This document shows positions 21,916 through 32,278 of a DNA stretch of 64,000 nucleotides, piece after piece; position 1 is the first letter of the stretch; every line of letters begins with the position of its first letter. The stretch spans positions 180-64,179 of the forward strand of contig CALYAP010000030.1 in NCBI GenBank assembly GCA_944393575.1. The letters run 5' to 3'. The stretch is from an uncultured Clostridia bacterium. GTDB taxonomy: Bacteria; Bacillota; Dehalobacteriia; UBA4068. Below the pieces are notes generated by a model. It was given only the letters and a program-made list of their open reading frames with translations. It was not told the DNA's origin and did no database searches. The translations under genes were made by a program, and so were the position numbers.

Positions 21916-22128
21916 ATGGCTGCCGGTAAAAAACTCTACCGCTCCACCAGCAATCGGATGATTGCCGGCGTTTGCGGAGGCATAGCCGAATACTTTAATG
22001 TTGATCCCACCATTATCCGCTTAGCATATGTGATCTTATCAGTATTCACTGTTGCCTTTCCGGGGATCATTGTCTACATCATCGCCTCTTTGATCATCCC
22101 GCAGGATCCAGGATACACTGATATTTAA
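21916..22128 (+). CDS. PspC domain-containing small membrane protein
   Basis: KLYRSTSNRMIAGVCGGIAEYFNVDPTIIRLAYV is the PspC signature. Confidence 0.75.
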   Translation: MAAGKKLYRSTSNRMIAGVCGGIAEYFNVDPTIIRLAYVILSVFTVAFPGIIVYIIASLIIPQDPGYTDI

Positions 22129-22148
22129 ACTTACTGAGCACTAAACAT

Positions 22149-22179
22149 AAACGCCCGCATCAGCGGGCGTTTTTCTTTT
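22149..22179 (+). terminator. Terminator after the pspC-domain gene (overlaps the 3' end of the convergent ligase gene)
   Basis: AACGCCCGC atca GCGGGCGTT followed by TTTTCTTTT. Confidence 0.6.
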
Positions 22180-23530
22180 GTCTTAGCGATTGTTCGAGCA
22201 GCCCCCAGAAAATCCAGAACAGAGGAGCAGTAATACAAAGGCTAAAGCTGAAAAAGATCTGGACACAATAGCATAGCACCGCTGCACCGCAAATCAAAAC
22301 AGCAACGTCACGCGAGTTTTTCAGCCAGCTAACAAAAGAAATGCCTAAAGCTAGTACGTAGAGAACTAGCGATGGGATACCGGTATTGGCGGCAATATTG
22401 AGATAATCATTATGCGCCATATCTACCTTAGTGCGGTAGCCAGTGGGAATACCATCTACCTCACGGGTGAAATACAGGTCCAGGCGTTCGCCAATAGTAT
22501 CAGGGCCTCCCCCTAGGATCGGCCGGTCTTGGATCAGCTGAAGGGTTTCTTTCCAAATAGCGATTCGTCCAGAGCCCAAGCTATCATCAGCCTTCCCCTG
22601 CACAAAGGCTGCAGCTTCGCCAACAAGACCCACATGATCCCCCTCATACTGCCAGAGCCAAAGCAGCAAAGCAGCCAGCAAAATGATGATTAATATCACA
22701 TATATCCACCGTGCCCTGCGGCTGGGCAAAAAGAGCGGTAAGATCACCAGGATCCCCACTGCTAAAGCGACCATTCCAGCAGCTACCCCTGAACGGAACA
22801 TGATTATCGCAGCGATAACGGCAGCCGCTAGCAAGGCATAAGAACGCCGGTCAGTATGCTGACGAATAAAATAGCAGATAAAAGCAGGTATCACTAAACA
22901 TAAAAAAGCGCTTAGCAAACCAGTATTGCCAATAGTGCCTAAGAACTGACCGCTATATAAGACATTGCCATCAAAATAATCATAATTATTAGGGTAAAGT
23001 GATAGCGGATTGCCGCCATGTAGCTGCAATAAAGACAAAATAATATTGAGACAGACCGGTATCAGCAAAACATAGAGATACCATGATTTAAAGCGACCGA
23101 ATGATGAAACGGCTATAAAGATAGCCAGGTAAATAAGCATAGTCAACAGGCCTTCATAGCGCCCCTCTCCCCACCATACCAAATACGGATAAGGAGAAGC
23201 CAGCGCTGAAAGCACCATTAGAAGAGCATAGCCCAAAAGCAATCTCTGTACTGGCGAAAGCTTTTGCCATAGACCCGGCAGGCTACACAGCGAAAGCCTG
23301 ATCTCCTGCCGCCGGATCCGCACCAACCACCAGATCAAGAGGGAAAAGAAATAAAGGCCACTGGCCACCAACAAAAAGAGATATTTACTCCAGGTGATAT
23401 TAGCATAGCCATTCACCCCAAAGAAACAGGGGAAAAGGCCAAACATTACCACAATGAAACAGCTGGTGATAGCCTGCGCCGTATCATCAACAAAAGACCG
23501 CTTAATCGTTAAAAGCCATCGTTTTATCAT
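22160..23530 (-). CDS. O-antigen ligase (Wzy_C) family polytopic membrane protein
   Basis: 456 aa with more than 10 TM helices and a periplasmic loop containing AHNDYLNIAANTG. Confidence 0.7.
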   Translation of the reverse strand: MIKRWLLTIKRSFVDDTAQAITSCFIVVMFGLFPCFFGVNGYANITWSKYLFLLVASGLYFFSLLIWWLVRIRRQEIRLSLCSLPGLWQKLSPVQRLLLGYALLMVLSALASPYPYLVWWGEGRYEGLLTMLIYLAIFIAVSSFGRFKSWYLYVLLIPVCLNIILSLLQLHGGNPLSLYPNNYDYFDGNVLYSGQFLGTIGNTGLLSAFLCLVIPAFICYFIRQHTDRRSYALLAAAVIAAIIMFRSGVAAGMVALAVGILVILPLFLPSRRARWIYVILIIILLAALLLWLWQYEGDHVGLVGEAAAFVQGKADDSLGSGRIAIWKETLQLIQDRPILGGGPDTIGERLDLYFTREVDGIPTGYRTKVDMAHNDYLNIAANTGIPSLVLYVLALGISFVSWLKNSRDVAVLICGAAVLCYCVQIFFSFSLCITAPLFWIFWGLLEQSLRQKKNAR

Positions 23531-23579
23531 AAACTACCATATCTAAGCTATTATAGCGAACACTATTGCTAATCATAAA

Positions 23580-24287
23580 TCAATCATTGGTCTGATCACC
23601 ATCGCCAGAAACAGGTATGGCCTCACCAAGCAAAGCCGGTTCCGGCAAAAAGATACATTGAATAAAATCCTTGCACCGCGCTGCTACTTCCCGCAGTTCC
23701 CGATAGGTCTGGCCGGCATAAGCGATATCATCAGCGGCTACGCCATATGCCTCCACTCCCAAACGCTCGGCTATATACAAAGCGCGCGGCAAATGATATT
23801 GTTGAGAAACAATAATTATCCGCTCTGCCTGGAAAATATCCCTGGCCCGGTAGAGACTATCATAAGTAGAAAAGCCAGCATGATCCATGAAAACATCAGA
23901 GGAAGCAACCCCCATCTCTAGGGCAAAATTCTTCATCACATTGACCTCGTCATAGCCTTTAGTGCCATGGTCGCCGCTCATCAATAATTTAGGGGCAACA
24001 CCGCTCTGATAAAGCTCGATCCCCTTCAGCAACCGGTCACGCAACATCAGACTGGGCTCTCCATCATCCTGCACTCCAGCGCCTAAAACTAAGATACAAT
24101 CAGCCTGAAGCTCAGCAGCATCTGCCGGGGAGATGATCCGCTCTCCGGCGTTCAGTACCACGGCATTAATTATCAATACCGCAGCTATGACAAGAACCAG
24201 AATGAATCCTATCAGCAAGAGGATCTTTCTGCCCCGCCTTTTCTTCTCCCCGGATTTAGCTGGTGTAATTAAAGATTGGTCCATCAC
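23580..24287 (-). CDS. SanA/YdcF (DUF218) family protein
   Basis: N-terminal TM helix, then DCILVLGAGV...LLMSGDHG...YDEVNVM...IIIVSQQYHLPRALYIA. Confidence 0.8.
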   Translation of the reverse strand: MMDQSLITPAKSGEKKRRGRKILLLIGFILVLVIAAVLIINAVVLNAGERIISPADAAELQADCILVLGAGVQDDGEPSLMLRDRLLKGIELYQSGVAPKLLMSGDHGTKGYDEVNVMKNFALEMGVASSDVFMDHAGFSTYDSLYRARDIFQAERIIIVSQQYHLPRALYIAERLGVEAYGVAADDIAYAGQTYRELREVAARCKDFIQCIFLPEPALLGEAIPVSGDGDQTND

Positions 24288-24425
24288 ACAAACTCCTTAG
24301 CGACAAAATCGGCATAAATAATTGCTATAGTTCTTGATAGCGACTACTGATCCCTTTTTATACTTGTTACCATCTTTTATAAATAAAGAATTGACTATTA
24401 ATGGGACAGAAGATATAATTTTGTT

Positions 24426-25574
24426 ATGAAAAAGAAACTGACTATAATATTAATAATGATATGTCTATTCATCATTAGCAATGGCTGCGGGCTGCTCAAC
24501 CATGATGAAACAGCCACAGAGAGTTTCGATGCTTCCCGAAGTGTGCAAATGATGCTGGCAGTACAGCAAGAATGTCTGCGGATACCAACGATCATCAACT
24601 CCATGACTGTTGAAGAAAAGGTAGCACAGCTGTTTATCGCCCGTTTTCCAGCTAGCGAACCGCTAACTATAGCTGCCGACTATCAGCCTGGTGGGTTTAT
24701 TTTCTTTGCAGCAGACTTTAGTGACCGCGAGCCGGCGTCTTTTCTCTCCCTAGCACAACAATGCAATGATGTGGCCAAATTGCCTCTGCTGATGGGAGTT
24801 GATGAAGAAGGCGGTACGGTCAATCGCATCAGCCGCTACAGCCAATACCGCGATTACCCCTTCTCCTCACCGCAAGAGCTCTACGATGAAGGCGGTTTGG
24901 AAGCAGTACGCGCAGATACCGTAGAAAAGTGCCAACTGCTAAAAAGCTTGGGGCTGAATCTCAACTTCGCACCAGTATGCGATATCTCCACCAACGCTAA
25001 CGATTATATTTATTACCGCACCACCGGTCGGGGTGCGGCGGAAACTGCCGACTATGTTACCTGTGTGGTAGAGACAATGAATCAGGAGCAGGTTGGTTCG
25101 GTATTAAAACATTTTCCCGGCTATGGCAATAATAGCGACACCCATAGCGGCTTAGCCTATGATAACAGAAGCTATGAAAGCTTCCAGAATAATGACTTCT
25201 TGCCCTTCCAAGCGGGCATAGAGGCCGGTGCCTCCATGGTATTAGTATCGCATAATATCGTAGCCTGCATGGATGAAGATATGCCAGCTTCTCTCTCGCC
25301 AGCAGTACACCGGATTCTCCGTGAGGAGCTTGGTTTTAAGGGAGTGATCATCACTGATGATCTAGTAATGGGTGCTATCAAGCAATATACTGGCAGTACC
25401 TCTCCGGCAGTAGCAGCAGTCGAGGCAGGTAATGATATGCTATGCAGCAGCGATTTTCTCACCCATTACAATCAACTGCTGGAAGCAGTTAATAACGGGA
25501 CTATCAGTGAACGTAGACTGGATCAATCGATATACCGCATCATTTGTCTTAAAGAGGAACTGGGATTGATGTAA
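24426..25574 (+). CDS. Glycoside hydrolase family 3 N-terminal domain lipoprotein (NagZ-like beta-N-acetylhexosaminidase)
   Basis: Lipobox-like ISNGC signal, GVDEEGGTVNR, KHFPGYG and GVIITDDL motifs. Confidence 0.8.
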   Translation: MKKKLTIILIMICLFIISNGCGLLNHDETATESFDASRSVQMMLAVQQECLRIPTIINSMTVEEKVAQLFIARFPASEPLTIAADYQPGGFIFFAADFSDREPASFLSLAQQCNDVAKLPLLMGVDEEGGTVNRISRYSQYRDYPFSSPQELYDEGGLEAVRADTVEKCQLLKSLGLNLNFAPVCDISTNANDYIYYRTTGRGAAETADYVTCVVETMNQEQVGSVLKHFPGYGNNSDTHSGLAYDNRSYESFQNNDFLPFQAGIEAGASMVLVSHNIVACMDEDMPASLSPAVHRILREELGFKGVIITDDLVMGAIKQYTGSTSPAVAAVEAGNDMLCSSDFLTHYNQLLEAVNNGTISERRLDQSIYRIICLKEELGLM

Positions 25575-25604
25575 GCTATTAGCCTCACTCTGCTTTGGTA
25601 AATC

Positions 25605-25634
25605 AAGACCCCATGAGCTAGCTCATGGGGTCTT
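25605..25634. terminator. Bidirectional terminator between the GH3 gene and pyrG
   Basis: AAGACCCCATGAGC / GCTCATGGGGTCTT perfect 14-bp stem. Confidence 0.75.
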
Positions 25635-25655
25635 ATAATAAATAAATCACAGACA

Positions 25656-27245
25656 TTATGCCAAAGCTGCTTGAACCAGTGCAGCAAATAAGGGATGAGC
25701 ACGGTTAGGTCTGCTTTTGAATTCTGGATGGAACTGGACGCCAATAAAGAAGCGGCAGGAAGGGTTTTCCACTGTCTCTACGATATTTCCATCAGGGGAA
25801 ACACCGGAAATCAGCAGACCCTGTTCCTCCATCAACTGCCGGTAATCATTATTGAATTCATAGCGGTGACGGTGGCGCTCATGGATCAGCGGCTGACCAT
25901 AGGCCTTTTCCATCAGGCTACCTGGCTTCACTTCACAAGGATAGCTGCCTAAGCGCATAGTGCCTCCCTTATCGATCTCTTCATTTTGCCCGGGCATAAA
26001 ATCGATCACTTTATGCTCTCCTTGAGGAGCGAATTCCCCAGAGTGTGCGTCTGCTATACCGCAGACATGACGAGCAAACTCGATCACTGCGATCTGCATC
26101 CCCAGGCAGATACCCAAATAAGGTTTATCATGCTCTCGGGCATAACGTGCCGCTAAGATCATCCCCTCAATACCGCGGTCACCAAAACCTCCCGGAACCA
26201 AAATACCATCGCAAGCAGCCAGTTGTTGTTGATAATTATCCTCTGTTAAGTACTCAGAATCAATCCAATCAATATCCACCACTGCGCCATTAGCATATCC
26301 ACCATGCTTAAGGGCCTCCATCACTGATAGATAGGCATCATGAAACTGCACATACTTGCCAACAATAGCGATGCGTGTATGACGTGGACGGTTAGCGATC
26401 CGCTCCAGCATCTGCTGCCAATCACTCAGATCAGCTGCTGGAGTATTCAACCCCAGCTCACGGCAAACAACATCAGAAAAGTGCTGTTCTTCAAGCATTA
26501 TCGGCACCTGATAAAGCACCGGAACAGTAGTGTTCTCAAACACACAGTCTGGTTTCACATTACAAAAGAGCGAGATCTTTTCTTTGATCCCTTCCTGAAT
26601 AGGCTCTGAAGCCCGCATAATGATAATATCCGGAGAGATGCCCATCCCCTGCAATTCCCGAACCGAATGCTGGGTGGGTTTTGATTTATGTTCGCCGGAA
26701 CTGCTAATATAGGGAACCAAAGTCACATGGATAAATAAACAATCCTGCGGCTGCTCCAAAGCCATCTGGCGGATAGCCTCGATAAAGGGCTGCCCCTCAA
26801 TATCGCCAATGGTGCCGCCAACCTCAGTGATAACGACATCGGCCTGAGTAGCAGAACCGACATTATGGATAAAGCTTTTGATCTCATCGGTAATATGGGG
26901 GATAATCTGCACTGTAGCGCCCAGATATTCACCGCGGCGCTCTTTATTGAGCACATTCCAGTAGACGCGGCCAGAAGTCAGTGAAGAATATTTGTTCAAC
27001 TCCTCATCGATAAACCGTTCATAATGCCCTAGGTCAAGATCTGTCTCGGCTCCATCATCAGTAACAAACACCTCGCCATGCTGATACGGGCTCATGGTGC
27101 CTGGGTCAACATTGATATAGGGGTCGAGCTTTTGTGCAGCTATCTTCAGCCCCCGCTGTTTTAGCAAACGGCCTAGAGATGCTGCTGTAATGCCTTTTCC
27201 CAGTCCGGAAACAACTCCGCCGGTAACAAAGATGTATTTGGTCAT
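25656..27245 (-). CDS. pyrG: CTP synthase
   Basis: [19 protein letters not shown] start. GATase motifs GICLGMQ and VQFHPEF. Confidence 0.97.
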   Translation of the reverse strand: MTKYIFVTGGVVSGLGKGITAASLGRLLKQRGLKIAAQKLDPYINVDPGTMSPYQHGEVFVTDDGAETDLDLGHYERFIDEELNKYSSLTSGRVYWNVLNKERRGEYLGATVQIIPHITDEIKSFIHNVGSATQADVVITEVGGTIGDIEGQPFIEAIRQMALEQPQDCLFIHVTLVPYISSSGEHKSKPTQHSVRELQGMGISPDIIIMRASEPIQEGIKEKISLFCNVKPDCVFENTTVPVLYQVPIMLEEQHFSDVVCRELGLNTPAADLSDWQQMLERIANRPRHTRIAIVGKYVQFHDAYLSVMEALKHGGYANGAVVDIDWIDSEYLTEDNYQQQLAACDGILVPGGFGDRGIEGMILAARYAREHDKPYLGICLGMQIAVIEFARHVCGIADAHSGEFAPQGEHKVIDFMPGQNEEIDKGGTMRLGSYPCEVKPGSLMEKAYGQPLIHERHRHRYEFNNDYRQLMEEQGLLISGVSPDGNIVETVENPSCRFFIGVQFHPEFKSRPNRAHPLFAALVQAALA

Positions 27246-27265
27246 ATCTGCACCCTCCCCTAATC

Positions 27266-27320
27266 ATAAAAAAAGTGTTTGGTATTCCAGTCGCCCACAT
27301 CCCACGACCCAAACCAAACA
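27266..27320 (-). promoter_or_regulatory. Terminator-like attenuator hairpin in the pyrG 5' leader
   Basis: Minus strand GTTTGGT...(inner GTCG/CGAC)...ACCAAAC followed by ACTTTTTTTAT. It lies between the predicted promoter and the pyrG RBS. Confidence 0.45.
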
Positions 27321-27354
27321 GCTTAAATTATATGAATATTAAAATAACGGTAAA

Positions 27355-27383
27355 ATTATACGCTGCGAGAATGAGGCTGTCAA
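27355..27383 (-). promoter_or_regulatory. SigmaA-type promoter for pyrG
   Basis: Minus strand TTGACA, 17 nt spacer, TATAAT. Confidence 0.6.
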
Positions 27384-27464
27384 GAGTTTTGATAAGAAAA
27401 TTTTTGCTCGCTAGGAGAAATATTTGCAGCAATCATCCAGCTTTGAACTTCAGCAAATCCAAAC

Positions 27465-27514
27465 AAAAAGGAACTCTGGCTTTAGCATGGCAGCATTTAG
27501 CTGAGTTCCTTTTT
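27465..27514 (-). terminator. Probable terminator after thrC
   Basis: AAAAAGGAACTC ... GAGTTCCTTTTT inverted repeat with a long loop. Confidence 0.45.
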
Positions 27515-27587
27515 ATCATAATCATAGTTATATAGAACCATAAGGTCTATCGGCCTAGTAAGAATCTACGGAAGTGATAATATCTCG

Positions 27588-29063
27588 CTAGTCCAGTCCC
27601 AAATGGGCAATGACCGCAGCCTCCATATCATCTTTAGCACAGACCTGCTGATGACGGATAGGCAGTTCGCCTAAAATGGCCAGATTAGGAGGGATAGGCA
27701 TACCACTCAGCTGATTGAGATAGGCCGGCAGCTCTAATTCTCCTTTATCCTGGGGCAGTTTACCCAGAGCATCCAAGACGGCCGCAGGGAATTTATATGG
27801 GCTGGCAGTAGACACCAGCAGCAGCACCGACGCATCATCATCACGTAACTGCTCGGCTACCTGATAGGCCACTGCGCTATGCGGGTCAAGCAGATAATCA
27901 TAGCGCTCAAAAACGCGTTTGATTGCCGCTTTGCAGCTATCTTCATCGGCATAACCGCCGCGCATTTTCGCCGCAAACTTCTCACGCAGGCTATCGCTGA
28001 TAGTAAAAACGCCCTCATCACGCAACTGTTCAAAAACTGCAGCGGTATACTCGCTATCATTGCCACTGATATCAAAAATAAAGCGCTCGAAATTGCTGGA
28101 AATAAGAATATCCATGGAAGGACTGATCGTTTTATGAAAAGGACGACGACGGTCATAAACCCCTTTTTCTAAAGCATCAGTGAGGACATTATTGCAGTTA
28201 GAAGCACAAATAAACTGATGTACCGGCAGACCCATTTTCATCGCATACCAACCTGCAAGGATATCACCAAAATTGCCGGTAGGGACAGCGATATCGATCT
28301 CCTCGCCAAAGGCGATCCTCTGCTTAGCCACTAGCTGTCCATAGCCATAAAAATAATACACGATCTGGGGCAAGAGGCGTCCCCAGTTGATGGAATTAGC
28401 AGAAGAAAAATATTTACCCTGGGCCGCCATTTTCACTGCTAAATCTTTATCGCCAAAAATCATTTTGACCCCATTCTGACAATCATCGAAATTTCCCTGC
28501 ACCCCGATCACGCAGGTATTATTACCGGCAGTGGTATTCATCTGCAGCTCCTGAATAGCACTGACTCCTTCTTTAGGATAAAAAACGGTTATCTGGGTAT
28601 GGGGAACATCACGAAATCCCTCCAAAGCAGCAGTACCTGTGTCACCGGAAGTCGCTACCAGAATAATGATTTCTTTATTCCCGCCAGTCTTGGCCAGAGA
28701 TTTGACTAACAAACGAGGGAGCACCTGCAGTGCCATATCCTTAAAGGCAGAGGTAGGCCCATGCCAGAGCTCCAGGATCTCCGTATTATCTAAGCTGACA
28801 GTACCCACGGCTCCGTCGGGGAAACTGGTAGTGCTATAAGCCTCGTCAACCACCTGAGCTATTTCATCAGCAGTAAAATCAGTCAGATAAAGGGCGAAGA
28901 TATCCTTAGCCAAACGGCAATAATCAAGATCAGCTAGATTTTGGGGAAAATAAGTGGGTATTGACGCAGGAACAAACAGTCCGCCATCTTCCGCTATGCC
29001 CTGAACTATGGCCGCCGCCGCACTAACGGCAGCGCTCTTTCCTCTAGTGCTAATGTATTCCAT
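27588..29063 (-). CDS. thrC: Threonine synthase
   Basis: MEYISTRGK start, PTSAFKDMALQ PLP-lysine motif. The start ATG overlaps the trmB stop (TAATG). Confidence 0.95.
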   Translation of the reverse strand: MEYISTRGKSAAVSAAAAIVQGIAEDGGLFVPASIPTYFPQNLADLDYCRLAKDIFALYLTDFTADEIAQVVDEAYSTTSFPDGAVGTVSLDNTEILELWHGPTSAFKDMALQVLPRLLVKSLAKTGGNKEIIILVATSGDTGTAALEGFRDVPHTQITVFYPKEGVSAIQELQMNTTAGNNTCVIGVQGNFDDCQNGVKMIFGDKDLAVKMAAQGKYFSSANSINWGRLLPQIVYYFYGYGQLVAKQRIAFGEEIDIAVPTGNFGDILAGWYAMKMGLPVHQFICASNCNNVLTDALEKGVYDRRRPFHKTISPSMDILISSNFERFIFDISGNDSEYTAAVFEQLRDEGVFTISDSLREKFAAKMRGGYADEDSCKAAIKRVFERYDYLLDPHSAVAYQVAEQLRDDDASVLLLVSTASPYKFPAAVLDALGKLPQDKGELELPAYLNQLSGMPIPPNLAILGELPIRHQQVCAKDDMEAAVIAHLGLD

Positions 29064-29701
29064 TATTTTCTTCCTTTCTTCCATTCACCGCAGCAGATCG
29101 GTTGGCCATACCTGCGGTACCTGGTCTCATATTCGCTGATAATGCCGGACTCTTCCAGGGGAAGATCATGAGATAAAGCCACTGGCTCCCAGCCATTATC
29201 GGCAAAACGCGCTACCGACCAATCAAACAACTGCGGATTATCGGTCTTGAACCTCAGAGTGCCCTCATCATCTAAAATATGCTGATACTTGTGCAAGTAA
29301 TCATCCCATGTGAGACGGCGTTTGGCATGCCTATTTTTCGGCCACGGGTCTGGGAAATTAAGATAGATTCGCTCCACCTCTCCTTTGGCAAAGACCTGGT
29401 CAAGCATCTTGGCATTCAGCCATAAAATACGTATATTAGGCGGCAGCTCTTGATAACGCTGCAGCGCCTGCATGATTACTTCCTCACAGAGCTCTAGACC
29501 GATAAAATTGATCTGAGGATAAGCAGCTGCCGATGCCATAAGGAAACGGCCCCGACCCATACCGATTTCCAGATGGAGGGGGCTTTCATTGGCAAACAAC
29601 TGCTGCCAATGCCCTGACATTGCCAGCGCATCTTGTTCCAGAATTACCTGTTCATTACTGGCGACAAACTCTGCCGCCCCTTCGATATGGCGTAGTCTCA
29701 T
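29063..29701 (-). CDS. trmB: tRNA (guanine46-N7)-methyltransferase
   Basis: LEIGMGRGRFL SAM motif and YLNFPDPWPKNRHAKRRL. Confidence 0.9.
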   Translation of the reverse strand: MRLRHIEGAAEFVASNEQVILEQDALAMSGHWQQLFANESPLHLEIGMGRGRFLMASAAAYPQINFIGLELCEEVIMQALQRYQELPPNIRILWLNAKMLDQVFAKGEVERIYLNFPDPWPKNRHAKRRLTWDDYLHKYQHILDDEGTLRFKTDNPQLFDWSVARFADNGWEPVALSHDLPLEESGIISEYETRYRRYGQPICCGEWKKGRK

Positions 29702-29704
29702 CGC

Positions 29705-30040
29705 CTATTTCCACAGCGCGTCTACTTTTTCATCCAGTTCAGACTCACTCATGCCTTCCTTGGTCAGACGGAGCTTGATCGCATTTTCCCAAAAGGCGGA
29801 TTTTTCACCCATTTTAGTGAACTTCTTGCGGTTTTCATCTTTGCGCATAGCTCTGGCCTTGGCATTATTGCCCATAATCATAGTAATGCCCTTTGCCTGT
29901 ACTAACTGATCAGTGGTCATATCCTGATAATTTTTCATCAGGTAATCCATTACTGACTGATAATAGGACTGGAATTCCGGGAAAGGAAGTTCATCCTCCA
30001 TCTTGATGAATTCACCCATCTTAGCAACTAATTCTTCCAT
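29705..30040 (-). CDS. Hypothetical small helical protein (111 aa)
   Basis: Clean ORF, tightly coupled upstream of trmB. I recognise no family. Confidence 0.5.
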   Translation of the reverse strand: MEELVAKMGEFIKMEDELPFPEFQSYYQSVMDYLMKNYQDMTTDQLVQAKGITMIMGNNAKARAMRKDENRKKFTKMGEKSAFWENAIKLRLTKEGMSESELDEKVDALWK

Positions 30041-30061
30041 GTATACTCCTCCACATATTTT

Positions 30062-30415
30062 TAGCTGAGCAAGCCTATAAGCCGGGTTCTGTCGTGGATG
30101 AACATCTGTCTGGCCTCATTGTTGCCAATGAGTTCTAGCAACCTCTGCGAGAAACTAAACGGGCCGCTTTCCAGCTTCTCTGTACGGTCTTGCTCCGGAT
30201 GGGGTTTACCTAGCCAGCCGGTCTCCCGGCTGCTGGTGCGCTCTTACCGCACCGTTGCACCCTTACCGCCAAAAATGGCGGCGGTTTATTTCTGTGGCAC
30301 TATCCTTAAGGTCGCCCTCACCGGCCGTTAGCCGGCATCCTGCCCTATGGAGCCCGGACTTTCCTCAGACAAGGGCTTTCGCCCAGAGCCTGCGTTCATC
30401 CAGCTTACTCAGCAT
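30062..30415 (-). ncRNA. rnpB: RNase P RNA (bacterial type)
   Basis: The reverse complement contains GAGGAAAGUCCGGGCUCCAUAGGGCAG, GGUAAGGGUGCAACGGUGCGGUAAGAGCGCACC and ACAGAACCCGGCUUAU. The 5' end (GCUGAGUAAGC) and 3' end (GCUUGCUCAGC) pair to form P1. Confidence 0.9.
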
Positions 30416-30501
30416 CATAACCTAATAACTATATTACACTTTTAGCCAATATGCAAGCTGTAGACGGTCAATCAGCTAACATTGTTGTTTAAGATAACGA
30501 T

Positions 30502-31209
30502 TTAGTCCTCAACAAAAAGGGTCCGTCCGCAATTTTCACAGACTGTCTTTTGGCCTAAAGTAGTACGTTTAAAGGTGATTGGCGGAACAATAGTGTGGCA
30601 GCCACTGCAAACATGATCGGCATTGAGCATCGCCACCGGGGTGCCGCCGCATTTATTTTTCACACTTTCATACCAAGCTAATTCATCGGCGGGAATCGTA
30701 GCCTCAAGCTCTTTTCTCTGCTGCTCCAACTGCTCGAGGTGTTGTTTGGCCTCAGCCTGTAACTGCTGAACCTGGCTTTTAAGACGGGTGAAATCCTCAT
30801 AATCATGAGCCATCTGTCTTTTTAGCTCAAGGATAGTGGCATTCTTCTGCTCCCGCTCTCCCATATAAAGGGACTCCAGGCTCTGTAATTCATGGAGTTT
30901 TTCCGTCAGGGCGGCTATCTGCGACTCTCTGGCGGAGAGCTCTCTGGTATTGACTACTGAGCCATCGTAGATCGCTGCATTTTCAGCAGAAATTTTCTCT
31001 TCCAGCTCAGCAAGCTGCGCAGGAAATACAGCTAATTGCTCATTTAAGGCTGCCAAATCTTGTTCCAGCTGCAAATAGTTTTCCTTTTGGTGAGCAAAAT
31101 CAGCCTTTACTTTACGCAGCTGCTGAAATTCGGCAGATTGCCGTTGTTTATCGAGCTCTTTCTTCTCTTCCATTTCGATCAACTGAAGTTGATATAGTTG
31201 TTTAAGCAT
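30502..31209 (-). CDS. Coiled-coil protein with C-terminal C4 zinc ribbon (COG1579/DUF164-like)
   Basis: Long heptad-rich region, then CSGCH...CENCGR. GGTGGAGGG RBS before the ATG at 31209. Confidence 0.7.
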   Translation of the reverse strand: MLKQLYQLQLIEMEEKKELDKQRQSAEFQQLRKVKADFAHQKENYLQLEQDLAALNEQLAVFPAQLAELEEKISAENAAIYDGSVVNTRELSARESQIAALTEKLHELQSLESLYMGEREQKNATILELKRQMAHDYEDFTRLKSQVQQLQAEAKQHLEQLEQQRKELEATIPADELAWYESVKNKCGGTPVAMLNADHVCSGCHTIVPPITFKRTTLGQKTVCENCGRTLFVED

Positions 31210-31222
31210 TTGTCCCTCCACC

Positions 31223-31930
31223 TTACTTATCATCCACAGTGGCCCGAGCCAGTAGATCAATAATCCGTTTCCTTTCTTGCTGCAAAGATTGTTGACGCCG
31301 CCTAATCTCCCCACTGTCATGTTGCGCTAACTTGGCGACCAGCTGCTCGATATCTTCAAGACGCAATTGCAGATAGTCTATCCATAGTTGCGGATGTTCC
31401 GCTATCAGGCACGGTCCAAAGTCAATTTCATCTTGACTCAGCTTCATCTGGCCATGCTCTGCGGCTAATGCCGTATAATAGATACCGCTATCCAAAGCCA
31501 TTGTTTCCTTAACTATCGACCATCTATGGTCCGCCAGCCAGCAACGCACCGCAGGCAGGTCTTTTTGCGGCTGAAGTACCAAGCGGTCTGCCGCCGTTAA
31601 TATAGCCGGAGCAGCAGCAAGTATATCAATCATCAACCGTCCGCCCATACCTGCTATTATTATTGTCGCCGCTTCTCCTGGATTTAATACCTCTAACCCC
31701 TCGCCGAGACGAACCTTTATTTTATCTTCCAGAGCCAGTCTCTTAACTAAAGATGCGGCATTGCGGTAAGGACCATCAGCCCTATCGCTAGCGATAACAT
31801 GTTCACAAATATTATTTTGGACAAGAAAAACCGGCAAGTAATTATGGTCTGTTCCGATATCAGCAGCAGTTTTTCCTGGCAGAACCAAGTCAGCTACTGC
31901 TTTGAGACGGTCATCCAGTTTTACCAGCAC
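31223..31930 (-). CDS. trmK: tRNA (adenine22-N1)-methyltransferase TrmK
   Basis: LDDRLKAVADLV..ADIGTDHNYLPVFLV and IIAGMGG motifs. Confidence 0.8.
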   Translation of the reverse strand: MLVKLDDRLKAVADLVLPGKTAADIGTDHNYLPVFLVQNNICEHVIASDRADGPYRNAASLVKRLALEDKIKVRLGEGLEVLNPGEAATIIIAGMGGRLMIDILAAAPAILTAADRLVLQPQKDLPAVRCWLADHRWSIVKETMALDSGIYYTALAAEHGQMKLSQDEIDFGPCLIAEHPQLWIDYLQLRLEDIEQLVAKLAQHDSGEIRRRQQSLQQERKRIIDLLARATVDDK

Positions 31931-32225
31931 AGGTTTTCCTCCAAAAATATCCGATATTTTTTATTTCTACTTTTCTGTCCTATACCCTGCCCCGAAATAG
32001 CCAAAAAAGAAAAAAGCTTGTCCCTTAAAACCTCTACTAAACCGAGACAAACGCATCTGACAAAGTTTTTTACAATCTCCTTATCAACCTATAAAAACAC
32101 TTGGTACAACGATATCAGAGAACCACTATCATCAAAGACACTTACTTAAGCATAGTAAAATAATTTTTGTTAAACAATTATAAATTAATTTAAGAAAATT
32201 TTTTGTAAAAAATTTTTCTTAGCTA

Positions 32226-32254
32226 TTGACAAAGCAAAAAACTGGTGATAAAAT
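32226..32254 (+). promoter_or_regulatory. SigmaA-type promoter of T-box unit A
   Basis: TTGACA (32226-32231), 17 nt spacer, TAAAAT (32249-32254). Confidence 0.65.
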
Positions 32255-32278
32255 GCAGTCCATAATTGAATATCACCA

